This document shows positions 8,461-17,279 of a stretch of 64,000 nucleotides of DNA, in pieces. The DNA lies in NCBI RefSeq assembly GCF_044342065.1, contig NZ_JBIIQN010000010.1:3764-67763 (forward strand). Reading direction: 5' to 3'. The stretch's first letter is position 1, and each line of letters opens with the position of its first letter. The DNA comes from Aquirufa sp. (lineage in GTDB: Bacteria; Bacteroidota; Bacteroidia; Cytophagales; Spirosomataceae). The notes under the pieces were generated by a model. That model searched no databases and was not told the origin of the DNA. It saw only the letters and a list, made by a program, of their open reading frames with translations. A program made the position numbers and the translations under genes.

Positions 8461-9450
8461 TCATTGTCCTATTCGCTTCCTTTCTCCTCGGCTTCCGTGT
8501 ATATAATAATGCTTCGCTAATTCCTTGCCTAATACTCGTTCAAAATGCCCTTTAATCTTGGATAATTTTTCTGAAGCGGAATTATTTAATGCATTGCACA
8601 TATCATCAATTGACTGCCGCATTTCCTCTAGTGAACCCAAGGAGGAAATGTTCGCATAAATATCTTGCAATTCGGTTTTGTACTCTACCAAACTTGTCAG
8701 ATGAATACCTTCTGGATAACGCATATACAAGAGATACAAGGTTTTCTCCAAGGGCGTCATGCGAATTTCCAAGTTTCCATAGGCCGGAATCACCAGGTTA
8801 TATTCGCTCGTCACCACCAATGGGCTTGGTTCAATGTGCTGCCGCATGTTTTGCGCAAAAAGCATCTTAATCCGTAACGATTCAAGCAATTCAAATACGT
8901 GATTCATTTCCGGGGGACTGAGCTTCTTCGCGAGTAGTTCCATGCAGTTCGGGCAAATGTCTGCCGTACGCATTTTCAGGATTACCTCACGTTTGTTTTG
9001 GCAAAAATCATTCACGCAGCCCACGGGTTCTTTATGTAAAATATGCGCCAATTCGCGCTCTGATTGCACCATTTGATGCTGTAACATCAAGGCCAAAATA
9101 TGGTAGGCCACCGGTAATTCAGCCGGGCAATGAATAAAACGCTCCCAATCGCCTGCATGGACAAAACCATTACGTGGATTTACTGGATCTAAATAACCAA
9201 AGAAATTTCGCTCGTTCGGTTTTTCCGTGATGACAAAAATGAAAGTGTCTGACTCAATAGCAATATTTTCACGCGCCGATTGGCAAATTTCAAAAAGATC
9301 TTTCCACGCGAGAATAGGCTTGTCGGGCAATGGGAGGGGTTCTCCTTGCCCGACAAATACATTCATTCCGGCTATGGCTTGCAATAATTGATGTACCCTA
9401 TCAAAGGTTTCATGATTTACATCTTCCCCACGAAATAGTGTCGCTTTCAT
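8461..9450 (-). CDS. Degenerate M54-like Cys-rich domain fused to a C-terminal putative winged-HTH domain
   Basis: H..EPVGCVNDF...DICPNC without HExxH; C-terminus MTPLEKTLYLLY...PEGI...SASEKLSKIK..F...LG.ELAKHYYIHG resembles OmpR/SARP-like DNA-binding effectors. Confidence 0.55.
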   Translation of the reverse strand: MKATLFRGEDVNHETFDRVHQLLQAIAGMNVFVGQGEPLPLPDKPILAWKDLFEICQSARENIAIESDTFIFVITEKPNERNFFGYLDPVNPRNGFVHAGDWERFIHCPAELPVAYHILALMLQHQMVQSERELAHILHKEPVGCVNDFCQNKREVILKMRTADICPNCMELLAKKLSPPEMNHVFELLESLRIKMLFAQNMRQHIEPSPLVVTSEYNLVIPAYGNLEIRMTPLEKTLYLLYMRYPEGIHLTSLVEYKTELQDIYANISSLGSLEEMRQSIDDMCNALNNSASEKLSKIKGHFERVLGKELAKHYYIHGSRGERKRIGQ

Positions 9451-9452
9451 GC

Positions 9453-10484
9453 CTATTTTTTATCATATAATTCATCCAAGGATTCGCCTCGACGTTTTTT
9501 ATCTAAGTAATGATCCATGGAATCCGATAGTTTGTTCCAAACATCTTTTTGCATGGCTGCCTTATCAAATGCCATCGCATTTTGGCGTTTAATATTCATT
9601 TGTTCAGCCATGTAGACAGCATCTAAGGTTGCACCAAGGTAAGAAAATGTCCAGCGCCCCGTAGCCTCTTTACTTGAAATTAACTCACGAATCTGTTGCA
9701 AGGTAAAAATTTGAGATGCATTTTCATATCCATCCGTTAAAATGATGATGACCGCGGAATCTTCAGGTGATTTCATTTGGCGTTCCACACTTTGGATGGT
9801 GGTACCGATGGCATCCAATAAAGCCGTATTTCCATTTGGGCGATATGTGGGGATGGTTTGGGCAATCATTTGCCGGACTGTTAAATGTTCAAAAATCGGA
9901 TTTACCGAGCTGCTGAAAAAAGTTAATCCAGCACGAATGTCCTGCTCTGGAAATTTGACAGCCAATTCCAATATTTTGTTGCGCTGTTCCATCAATCCAT
10001 TCACGGTTTGATTGATGCAATCCGACATTGATCCACTTTCATCTGCAATGATGTGGTAGAAGGTTTTGGGCTTATCGTCCTTGATTACGTGAATGTATAT
10101 ATGATCTGGATAAGCACCTCCAAAAACATATTCCGTCACTGGACATAACCATAAGATGTGGCCATTGCGATCTGCTTTATAATACGCACCGGTATCCACC
10201 GGGGCATGGCCCACGGCATCCAATAGTTCCTGATCTTTTCCCATCCCTATTTTCTTTAAGGCATACGTTTGGTCCGCATAGGGCGCCGTCTCGATATGTA
10301 CTATTACCTCGGTTCCGTTGTTAGACAGTTGCTCTAAAAAGGTGTCGGCCCCTGCGACCATCATTAAGTTGGCCTTCGTTCCTAAACCCGCCTCTAAATA
10401 TGCTGGAAGATCAATATACCAGATTCCTGCTTCTTTGTAAAAGCGATGGGTCATGGACTGTGGATTTGCTTGTTCGTTTTTCAT
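9453..10484 (-). CDS. DUF6717-like domain fused to a vWA domain
   Basis: N-half RFYKE..IWYIDLP...LMMVAGADTFLEQLS...LWLCPVTEYVFGG.YP..IY; C-half MIDAS ADESGSM, TALLDAIG, ILTDGYEN. Start placed at 10484 (the ORF track starts at 10529). Confidence 0.75.
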   Translation of the reverse strand: MKNEQANPQSMTHRFYKEAGIWYIDLPAYLEAGLGTKANLMMVAGADTFLEQLSNNGTEVIVHIETAPYADQTYALKKIGMGKDQELLDAVGHAPVDTGAYYKADRNGHILWLCPVTEYVFGGAYPDHIYIHVIKDDKPKTFYHIIADESGSMSDCINQTVNGLMEQRNKILELAVKFPEQDIRAGLTFFSSSVNPIFEHLTVRQMIAQTIPTYRPNGNTALLDAIGTTIQSVERQMKSPEDSAVIIILTDGYENASQIFTLQQIRELISSKEATGRWTFSYLGATLDAVYMAEQMNIKRQNAMAFDKAAMQKDVWNKLSDSMDHYLDKKRRGESLDELYDKK

Positions 10485-10704
10485 GTCGTTTTTTGTTTTG
10501 GTTGAAAACTTGACACAAAGTTGGTGCATGAATCACTTGCCGACCGAAAATTACAAGCTTGTAGGAGGGGAAAATTAGGTTAATAATTATCTATAATAAC
10601 TTGTTTGTTAATAAGTTATGATTTAGGAATTTTGTTATAGAATGTAACTTCTTGTGAATTAAGATTTTTTTACTCAATTTGAAATAAGAACTTTCAACGT
10701 TAGT

Positions 10705-11064
10705 ATGCAAAAAGAATTTTATCTAGACGGTCAAATTTTCTCTGAGGGGGAAACTGTTCACTTTATTGATTGTACAAGTAGAGGAAGTGGACAAATCTTA
10801 TTGAACGATACGCATAAAGCATGCGTAGAATGTGTCATGGGGACTTTAAGCCGAAAAGTAGGTAAATGGATATATTATTATAAAGCTGGAAACAAAAAAA
10901 TGGAAGGAACGTATGCTGTATTAGATCTTTTAGGCATACCCAATGTACGCCACGGAATTTGGAACATTTACCACGAGGATGGTAGCCTTTTTCAGCAAAT
11001 AGCTTTTGAATGTGGAGAAGTTAGGGAGATTCATTTTTTTGACATGAATGGAGAAATTGTCTAG
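10705..11064 (+). CDS. Hypothetical protein with a MORN-variant-like repeat
   Basis: GKWIYYYK.G.KKMEG.Y and HGIWNIYHEDG motifs. Confidence 0.55.
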   Translation: MQKEFYLDGQIFSEGETVHFIDCTSRGSGQILLNDTHKACVECVMGTLSRKVGKWIYYYKAGNKKMEGTYAVLDLLGIPNVRHGIWNIYHEDGSLFQQIAFECGEVREIHFFDMNGEIV

Positions 11065-11092
11065 CAAAATAGCTAAACTTTTCACCTATGCA

Positions 11093-12001
11093 TTACTTCT
11101 TCTCCTCCTGTAATCTAACCATGAATATCGGCCCAAATTTTCCACTGCTTATACGTGGAGTATGCCATATATTCTTTTTATCCCGGTAATAGATTTCCGA
11201 GATTGTGCCATCCAAGTACAAGGCATAGGAGCAATGTAATTCGTCTTTGAAAAAAGTCGCAAAATCATGGAAGGTGATTTCGGTTTCCGAAATCGCAAAG
11301 ACAATTTGGCCTTTGTCATTAATCCCCACCCCATTGCGAACATTCGTATTTTTAGAGGTAGCGGAGAATTTATCGTGGATTTTGTTGTCAATCACCAGCA
11401 TAGGTCCCGACTGGGTTGCTAGTAATAAACCTTTCGGATCAATTTTCTTCTCTAAGAAATCCTTTGTGGTATGAATACTTGGATTATTTTTTTTGTCTAT
11501 GGTAAAAATCCCGTTCGGATATAGATAGAAGTTCCCATTTTTAGGGGTTGTTATTGAGGTATCCAAATCTTGTTTGATTTCGCCAGCTGAAATGGTCAGA
11601 CCCACCGCATTGAAATTGGGTTGAAACATCCCCGCATTCATTAATACATACCCGTCTTCCTTTGTCTTACCTACAATCGATTCAAAACTATTGGCTTGTT
11701 TGATACTCGGAATAAGCGAGATCGTGTTAATGTCCGAAACAATTAGGTATTTGATTTGATATTTAGCTTGATATTCAACTGATTTAAATTGCGCATTTTC
11801 CTTTACTCCTTTAGGTATTCCTTTTGGGAAAAGCAATAAAGTGCTATCAATTTCAGTATTTTCAACCGTCTTTTTCGCCTTTTTATCAAACTTGAACGCA
11901 CTAACGTTATAAAAATTCTTGAAATGCTTAAAATCATTATCAAGCATGTAATTGGATAGTGCAAAATAAAGACCCAGAAAGAAGATCGGAAAATTAAACA
12001 T
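11093..12001 (-). CDS. Phosphodiester glycosidase (NAGPA/YigE-like) family protein
   Basis: MNAGMF, GNFYLYPNGIF, ATQSGPMLV, RNGVGI, FHDFATFF...CSYALYLDGTIS; the start overlaps the upstream stop (TAATG). Confidence 0.85.
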   Translation of the reverse strand: MFNFPIFFLGLYFALSNYMLDNDFKHFKNFYNVSAFKFDKKAKKTVENTEIDSTLLLFPKGIPKGVKENAQFKSVEYQAKYQIKYLIVSDINTISLIPSIKQANSFESIVGKTKEDGYVLMNAGMFQPNFNAVGLTISAGEIKQDLDTSITTPKNGNFYLYPNGIFTIDKKNNPSIHTTKDFLEKKIDPKGLLLATQSGPMLVIDNKIHDKFSATSKNTNVRNGVGINDKGQIVFAISETEITFHDFATFFKDELHCSYALYLDGTISEIYYRDKKNIWHTPRISSGKFGPIFMVRLQEEKK

Positions 12002-12894
12002 TATTGATAGTAGTAAACAATTAGGTTAATCGCCTCTTTAATGGGCTTAACACCGCTAAAATTCGAATTTGCCAACTTGTCCCCTGTTTTCGGATGGTAA
12101 GTTTCCAAAGCGTTTTGAGCTCCGGTATCTAAATTGATCAAAAATGAAATTTCTTTCAGGTTTTCATTCGCTTTCAAGTAATCCAAGGCATACTTACTGC
12201 CCTCGAGAATCGTGGAATTAAATGGTAGGTTGATAATGTATTGAACCGTCTCATTGTTGTTGTTAATACCAGCGGCTAAGAAACGACGATAATCTTTGAA
12301 CGAATTCGCATTTTGGCCTACTAATAAACTTCCCTTGTAAGCAAACAAGTGAGTTTGGAAAATCGTTGCTTTGACATCCGTCGCCCATTTATAAAAGAGG
12401 TTCTTATCCAATGCATTGCTCAAGTTAAGATTGAGTGGATTGCCACTCGCATCCTTCACACTGATCGTTTTATTTTTCAGGTTTTCTACTGCAATACGTC
12501 CTGATGAGTAAATCAAGGCCAAAGCGTCCAATTTGTCATCCGTCGTTTTATTGATAACATTTCCGTTATCAATGCAAATTCCCACCGGTCTTGCGGTCGT
12601 CTTATCTCGATTGTTTTTGTCTGGATAGTAATAGTAAGTACCGCTCGAAACCAAGATCAGTTTCTTGTTAAACGCCCATTCGCTGAATCGCTGATAGACC
12701 GACAAGCTTGAATTCGCATCTTTGGAGGCAAAATATTTAACCTTAACACGCTGGTTGGTCATGTTTAACTTAACCACCCCAAACGGATTTCCATTGATTT
12801 CTTTAAAATCAAACTTGACAAGTTTTTGGTCGTACTGACCAAACAGGGTAATTGAAATATTTAGAAATAAAAAAGACAAGAAAAAAAGTCTCAT
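12001..12894 (-). CDS. Secreted protein, divergent phosphodiester-glycosidase-like
   Basis: Signal peptide; PVGICIDNG and INLDTGA echo the NAGPA-family GL.I.nG and LNLDGG motifs. Confidence 0.5.
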   Translation of the reverse strand: MRLFFLSFLFLNISITLFGQYDQKLVKFDFKEINGNPFGVVKLNMTNQRVKVKYFASKDANSSLSVYQRFSEWAFNKKLILVSSGTYYYYPDKNNRDKTTARPVGICIDNGNVINKTTDDKLDALALIYSSGRIAVENLKNKTISVKDASGNPLNLNLSNALDKNLFYKWATDVKATIFQTHLFAYKGSLLVGQNANSFKDYRRFLAAGINNNNETVQYIINLPFNSTILEGSKYALDYLKANENLKEISFLINLDTGAQNALETYHPKTGDKLANSNFSGVKPIKEAINLIVYYYQ

Positions 12895-12896
12895 AA

Positions 12897-13658
12897 TTAA
12901 GATTTAATTGAAATTTTAGATGATATGATTTTAATTAAACTCACTAGGCCAAGAATTGTTAATAGGATAACAAATCCTATCATCAGCTTGAGTTTGATGG
13001 ATGATTTATTCCAGGTGGTGTTAATCAAATGAAAATAATCTTCTTCGAGTAAGGTCTTCACAAACTTATCTGCTGACGATTCTTTCCGGTTTATACCCAC
13101 TTTTGCTTCGATACACCGTTGCGATAAATACTGGTATCCAAATTGGCTCGATAATGCTGAATTTGATTTTTGGTAAAACTCCAATTGTTTCGCTGCATTA
13201 TTAAAGTGCATATCAGCAATACTACTCAAATAGAGCGCTTCTGCAGGGAAATAATTGGCTGCATACGCAAAATTGTAGCCCTGATTAATGAGTTGGTTTA
13301 TCGCCTCAGGCGAGTAAGCCTTCGTAGAGTCAAAATTCTCAACAGCAGGCGTGAAAACGGTTTCAATAATTTCGCGATATACCCCCATCGTATCTTTATT
13401 CTGTTTGCGTTTCAGAATTTCATTCGCCGTGTAAAGGAGGCCTTTGGGATTATTTAAGCCGACATTTTTCGTAAAGTAGGCGCGATTAATGGTCGTATCT
13501 GTACTACCTACAACATTTTGCGACTCCGAGACACTAATTTCTGATGGGATGGGGTCGTTGTTTACGGATGTAAAAGCCACCTTTAGTAAAAAGAAGCTAT
13601 TGACTGCCAATACAATTCCTAACAAAATGAGTAAAATGCGAGAGGTTTTAGGGCTCAT
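12897..13658 (-). CDS. Hypothetical membrane protein with N- and C-terminal TM helices
   Basis: Two hydrophobic segments flanking a ~190-aa helical domain. Confidence 0.7.
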   Translation of the reverse strand: MSPKTSRILLILLGIVLAVNSFFLLKVAFTSVNNDPIPSEISVSESQNVVGSTDTTINRAYFTKNVGLNNPKGLLYTANEILKRKQNKDTMGVYREIIETVFTPAVENFDSTKAYSPEAINQLINQGYNFAYAANYFPAEALYLSSIADMHFNNAAKQLEFYQKSNSALSSQFGYQYLSQRCIEAKVGINRKESSADKFVKTLLEEDYFHLINTTWNKSSIKLKLMIGFVILLTILGLVSLIKIISSKISIKS

Positions 13659-13660
13659 AA

Positions 13661-14719
13661 TTAATCTCTTTTGATGCCTATCAATTCGTAATCAAAAGAT
13701 GCATTAGAACCTTTTAATAATACGGTGGAGCCAGGATTACTAAGGATGACATTCACACAGCTTTCGCAACCGGTCGCCTTAGGGCCGAAATAAAGTCCAA
13801 TTTTACTGATGTTGCTATTGTTTGCAACAAAATCGCATTTGAAGGTAAGTTTCTTCAAATCTAGGTTCAAGTTGACAGGCGTCAAATCACTCAAGATCAT
13901 CAATTCACTCGATGCCTGCTTAATTTTTTGACTTAAGTCGGAAATGGATGTTCCTTTTACTGTAAACCCTTTGATGACTTTATTTACCTTGCTCGTTGAA
14001 GCGGCGTTAGAAGGGCTCTTACTCCCCCCAGTTATATTGTCCTCCGGAATATATTCGTCGGTTTCCTCTGGCTCAGGTTCAACGGTTTTTGTTACGATTT
14101 TTTGTTTTTGTGTCGTAGCTTTTTGCGTTGGCTTAGGAGCCTGCACTTCTTCTTTTTCTGTTTCTATTTCTTCTTCTTCTTCTTCAGCAACTTCTGCGGC
14201 TGGTGCCGGGGTTACCGATTTCTTTTTGGATTTCTTGGTATACATTTTTCCCCCAGTCGTTTCAGCAGGTGCGTCCTCTACTTCAGCACCGGGCTTGATC
14301 GCATCTGCTGCTGGTTTGCTACTTTCTGCTGGTCTACTATTTTCAACTGGTTTGCGTGGCGCGGCACTTCCTGAACTAAATGCATCCAATTTTGTAGAGA
14401 AGTCTCCCTCAATTTGCAAATCGGCAAAACTTATTTCAAACATGTATTTTCCTGGAGTCAGGCTACGCAAGCTTTTATTGATGTTGTTCGCAGGAATATT
14501 GATCACCTTCGCATCTTTTTTCTGTACCAAGGCAACATCAACATTCCACATGGAATTAGCTGGCCCTTCTAGATCAAAACTGATTTCAATGGCACCCTTG
14601 TCCAAATTGTATGCGGTGGTGACATTGGAAGTTTGAGCCATCGTTTGAAAACTTAAACCCAACATGATTATGATTAAGGCCGCGATCGGCTCAAGTGTTT
14701 TTAGTATACTATTTTTCAT
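13661..14719 (-). CDS. Secreted protein: Ig-like domain, low-complexity linker, C-terminal CESC domain shared with the receptor kinase
   Basis: Signal peptide ending TMAQ; beta-rich N-domain; P/A/E/K/T linker; C-terminal 101 aa homologous to the kinase C-terminus. Start placed at 14719. Confidence 0.8.
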   Translation of the reverse strand: MKNSILKTLEPIAALIIIMLGLSFQTMAQTSNVTTAYNLDKGAIEISFDLEGPANSMWNVDVALVQKKDAKVINIPANNINKSLRSLTPGKYMFEISFADLQIEGDFSTKLDAFSSGSAAPRKPVENSRPAESSKPAADAIKPGAEVEDAPAETTGGKMYTKKSKKKSVTPAPAAEVAEEEEEEIETEKEEVQAPKPTQKATTQKQKIVTKTVEPEPEETDEYIPEDNITGGSKSPSNAASTSKVNKVIKGFTVKGTSISDLSQKIKQASSELMILSDLTPVNLNLDLKKLTFKCDFVANNSNISKIGLYFGPKATGCESCVNVILSNPGSTVLLKGSNASFDYELIGIKRD

Positions 14720-14759
14720 ATGCGTATTCTTAATTTTATATATCAAACAGAATATTAGT

Positions 14760-14767
14760 GCAAGATA
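14760..14767 (-). promoter_or_regulatory. Bacteroidota -7 promoter-like element TATCTTGC
   Basis: TAnnTTGC variant ~40 nt upstream of the 14719 start. Confidence 0.4.
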
Positions 14768-14807
14768 CGAGTTACACAGGCTATTTGTTTTAGCTAGGGG
14801 ATGATAT

Positions 14808-14819
14808 TTATTAAATGGT
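14808..14819 (-). promoter_or_regulatory. Recurrent upstream motif variant ACCATTTAATAA, copy 4
   Basis: 100 nt upstream of the 14719 start; back-to-back with copy 5. Confidence 0.5.
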
Positions 14820-14846
14820 ATGTTAAAATTATTCTAAAATAGAATT

Positions 14847-14858
14847 ACCGTTTAATAA
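14847..14858 (+). promoter_or_regulatory. Recurrent upstream motif ACCGTTTAATAA, copy 5
   Basis: 73 nt upstream of the ATG at 14920; TAATATTG begins 42 nt after the motif start. Confidence 0.6.
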
Positions 14859-14919
14859 TTTTTCAGTCTTTTTGAACGCTATTTTTCTTAATATTGACCT
14901 TGTATCAATAATCTACACG

Positions 14920-16788
14920 ATGAAATTTAGCTGGATAATAAATAAACATACCCTTCTTGTAAGTCTCTTATTTGCCGTTGTTGCAAAATCTATTGCCCAA
15001 AATCCCATACCGCAGGCAAGTAAATATTCAAGAAGCAGTGTTACGCCGATTTATATTCGACACAGCGGGTCTGACTTGAGTCTATATAATTATGTAGATT
15101 CAGCAAAATTGTCAGACAAATATGACCAAAACATTATCGGGAATAATACCATGGATGTGGTCTTTAAGATGATTTCAGATACCCGTTTGAAGTATTATGA
15201 ATTAAAAGATCGGCAGAAAAACATCAAGACAATGTCGAAAGATGAAATTGTTGCCTTGGATAAGAGTCTGGGTGAAGTTTCTAAGCAATTAGCGTTTGAA
15301 GACTCCATTCGTGGATTTCAAATTGTTGCAAAGCTTCGTGCATCCAAAATTCCTAACCGGGTTTTGTCTAATTTGTTAATTGACAACAAATTAGGATACA
15401 TGACCTTAGCTAAATTAGAAGAGCGTGCGCTGTATGATGCGACGGATTCTGATGTTATGCAAGCCAAAAGCTCCGCTCGTCAAATGTCCTCGATTAAAGA
15501 TCGGGCAGTGTCCATGTTGGAAAATGTCTATTTCTGGGTTTATGATTCCAATGAATATAAAATTACCAGCGATGAAAAGGATTCACGGTTAAAAACCCAC
15601 ACCTTACGTGGAGGCGTGTATTTGGTTAAGTTGGACATGGAAACCTTGAACAAAAATGGCCAATTTGAAAATTTGATTTTCCAGGAATTTAGTACGTCCA
15701 AACTAAAGGCATTCAAAGATTTCAACTTTCCCGTAAAGGTTATATTCCGCAAGGATTTTTATACGTCAACGTCCAACTATTCGGTAGATTATGGTGGTTC
15801 ACTTTTAAAGAGCTTAGGAAAGGAAAAAAGTTCAGAGGTTAAGTACATCTTTAAAGAAGATGCTGAGATTCAAAAGGAACTTGTAAGTGGGACGGTTACT
15901 GACGCTAATGAAACATTTACTGCGAATTATGAGCCTTTCCGTGTTAAATCATCTGTTTTTGCTACCAGCCCCATTCGTGTAAAAATAGGGATGAAGGAAG
16001 ATCTTGAAATAGATCATTTATTCAAAGTATCGGAATTACAACTGGATAAAGCCGGTAACCCTTTTGAAAAAAATGTGGGTTGGTTACGTGTTCAGAAAGT
16101 TAGTGATAATCGCAAAAAGGCAGATGGCAAAATGGAGCCGTCGGTATTTTACAAAGTATTCTCCAAAGGTGTAGATAAAGGCATGAAGGTGCAATACTTT
16201 CATGAAACTGGACTTGTTGTAGGGGCCTCCTTTAATGCATTGCCTGATAATATTTTCAGTGGCCCGATGGTGAACATCGATTACATTACTAATTTATATC
16301 CAGGCGTTCGTGTTGGGTTGAATTTTGGTGGATTTACGGAATTGAAAAGTCCGAAGATTACCTTACCCGTTTTAGATGATGCATTTGGCAGTGGAAGTGA
16401 TTTAAGTTTCAAAGGGCGAAATATTCTGGGAGAATTAACGGTACAGAAAATTATTCAATTTAATATGTTGGAATTAACGCCTTATGTTGGCGGTTATTTC
16501 AGTTCTACACGTATGACTGAATTAACAATTGGCGGTGTTAAACTCGATAATCCATTATATCTTCCCGAGTTAATTAAATTCGCTTATAATGAATATGGTG
16601 GTCTTGCGGGTTTAAAATTTGGTGTTAACTTTGGTAAGTATACCCAGTTGAATCTAGGCTATAAAGTCGGATTTACCTTGGTGAGTGAATTGAAAAATGA
16701 CGATGATAAAGAAGGAATTACCATACCGGGAAGTTTATTCAATAGTCCATCTAATTTCTCAATTGGTCTTCGTTTTGCAGGATTTTAA
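14920..16788 (+). CDS. Large exported protein with a probable C-terminal outer-membrane beta domain
   Basis: Signal peptide; central FRVKSSVFATSPIRVKIGMKEDL...VGWLRV..V.DN block; amphipathic strands ending SIGLRFAGF. Start placed at 14920 (the ORF track starts at TTG 14872). Confidence 0.7.
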   Translation: MKFSWIINKHTLLVSLLFAVVAKSIAQNPIPQASKYSRSSVTPIYIRHSGSDLSLYNYVDSAKLSDKYDQNIIGNNTMDVVFKMISDTRLKYYELKDRQKNIKTMSKDEIVALDKSLGEVSKQLAFEDSIRGFQIVAKLRASKIPNRVLSNLLIDNKLGYMTLAKLEERALYDATDSDVMQAKSSARQMSSIKDRAVSMLENVYFWVYDSNEYKITSDEKDSRLKTHTLRGGVYLVKLDMETLNKNGQFENLIFQEFSTSKLKAFKDFNFPVKVIFRKDFYTSTSNYSVDYGGSLLKSLGKEKSSEVKYIFKEDAEIQKELVSGTVTDANETFTANYEPFRVKSSVFATSPIRVKIGMKEDLEIDHLFKVSELQLDKAGNPFEKNVGWLRVQKVSDNRKKADGKMEPSVFYKVFSKGVDKGMKVQYFHETGLVVGASFNALPDNIFSGPMVNIDYITNLYPGVRVGLNFGGFTELKSPKITLPVLDDAFGSGSDLSFKGRNILGELTVQKIIQFNMLELTPYVGGYFSSTRMTELTIGGVKLDNPLYLPELIKFAYNEYGGLAGLKFGVNFGKYTQLNLGYKVGFTLVSELKNDDDKEGITIPGSLFNSPSNFSIGLRFAGF

Positions 16789-16799
16789 TTCGTAAACAC

Positions 16800-17276
16800 A
16801 TGAAAATAGTTAACACCCTTGCCCTGTTGCTGTTGGCTTCTTCGCTAACTTTTGCTCAAAATTACCGTGATTTTAACTACGAGGTTCAGTTTTTACGAAC
16901 GGGGCTTCAGGGAACGGAGTTGTTCAAGGTTTTTGCCTATGGACGCAATGAGAAACAGTGTTTTGAAAATGCCAAAATGGATGCGGTAAAAGCGCTTCTT
17001 TTTAAGGGCGTACCTGGCTCAGGTTTGCAGAAACCGATGATTACTGAATTGAGTGAAATGAACCAACACAAGGATTATTTTAACTCCTTTTTCAAGGACA
17101 ATGGGCCATATTTAAACTATGTTTCTATCAGCAATGACGGCAGTATCAATGAAAACGATCGATTTAAGGTTGGGAATAAATTGAAAATTGGGGTGATTGT
17201 GTCGGTCAACAAAGCTAATCTGAGAACGGAATTGGAAAACGCTGGAATTATTAAAAAACTAAACGCAGGATTTTAG
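16800..17276 (+). CDS. Conserved secreted protein (possibly LPP20-like)
   Basis: Signal peptide; FKVFAYG.NEKQ..ENAKMDAVKALLFKGVPG...LRTELENAGIIK. Confidence 0.65.
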   Translation: MKIVNTLALLLLASSLTFAQNYRDFNYEVQFLRTGLQGTELFKVFAYGRNEKQCFENAKMDAVKALLFKGVPGSGLQKPMITELSEMNQHKDYFNSFFKDNGPYLNYVSISNDGSINENDRFKVGNKLKIGVIVSVNKANLRTELENAGIIKKLNAGF

Positions 17277-17279
17277 CAT

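Noticed and set aside
13944-14636. 230-aa plus-strand ORF (and 14102-14374)
   Set aside because: Antisense to the low-complexity linker of the CESC protein; no independent motifs.
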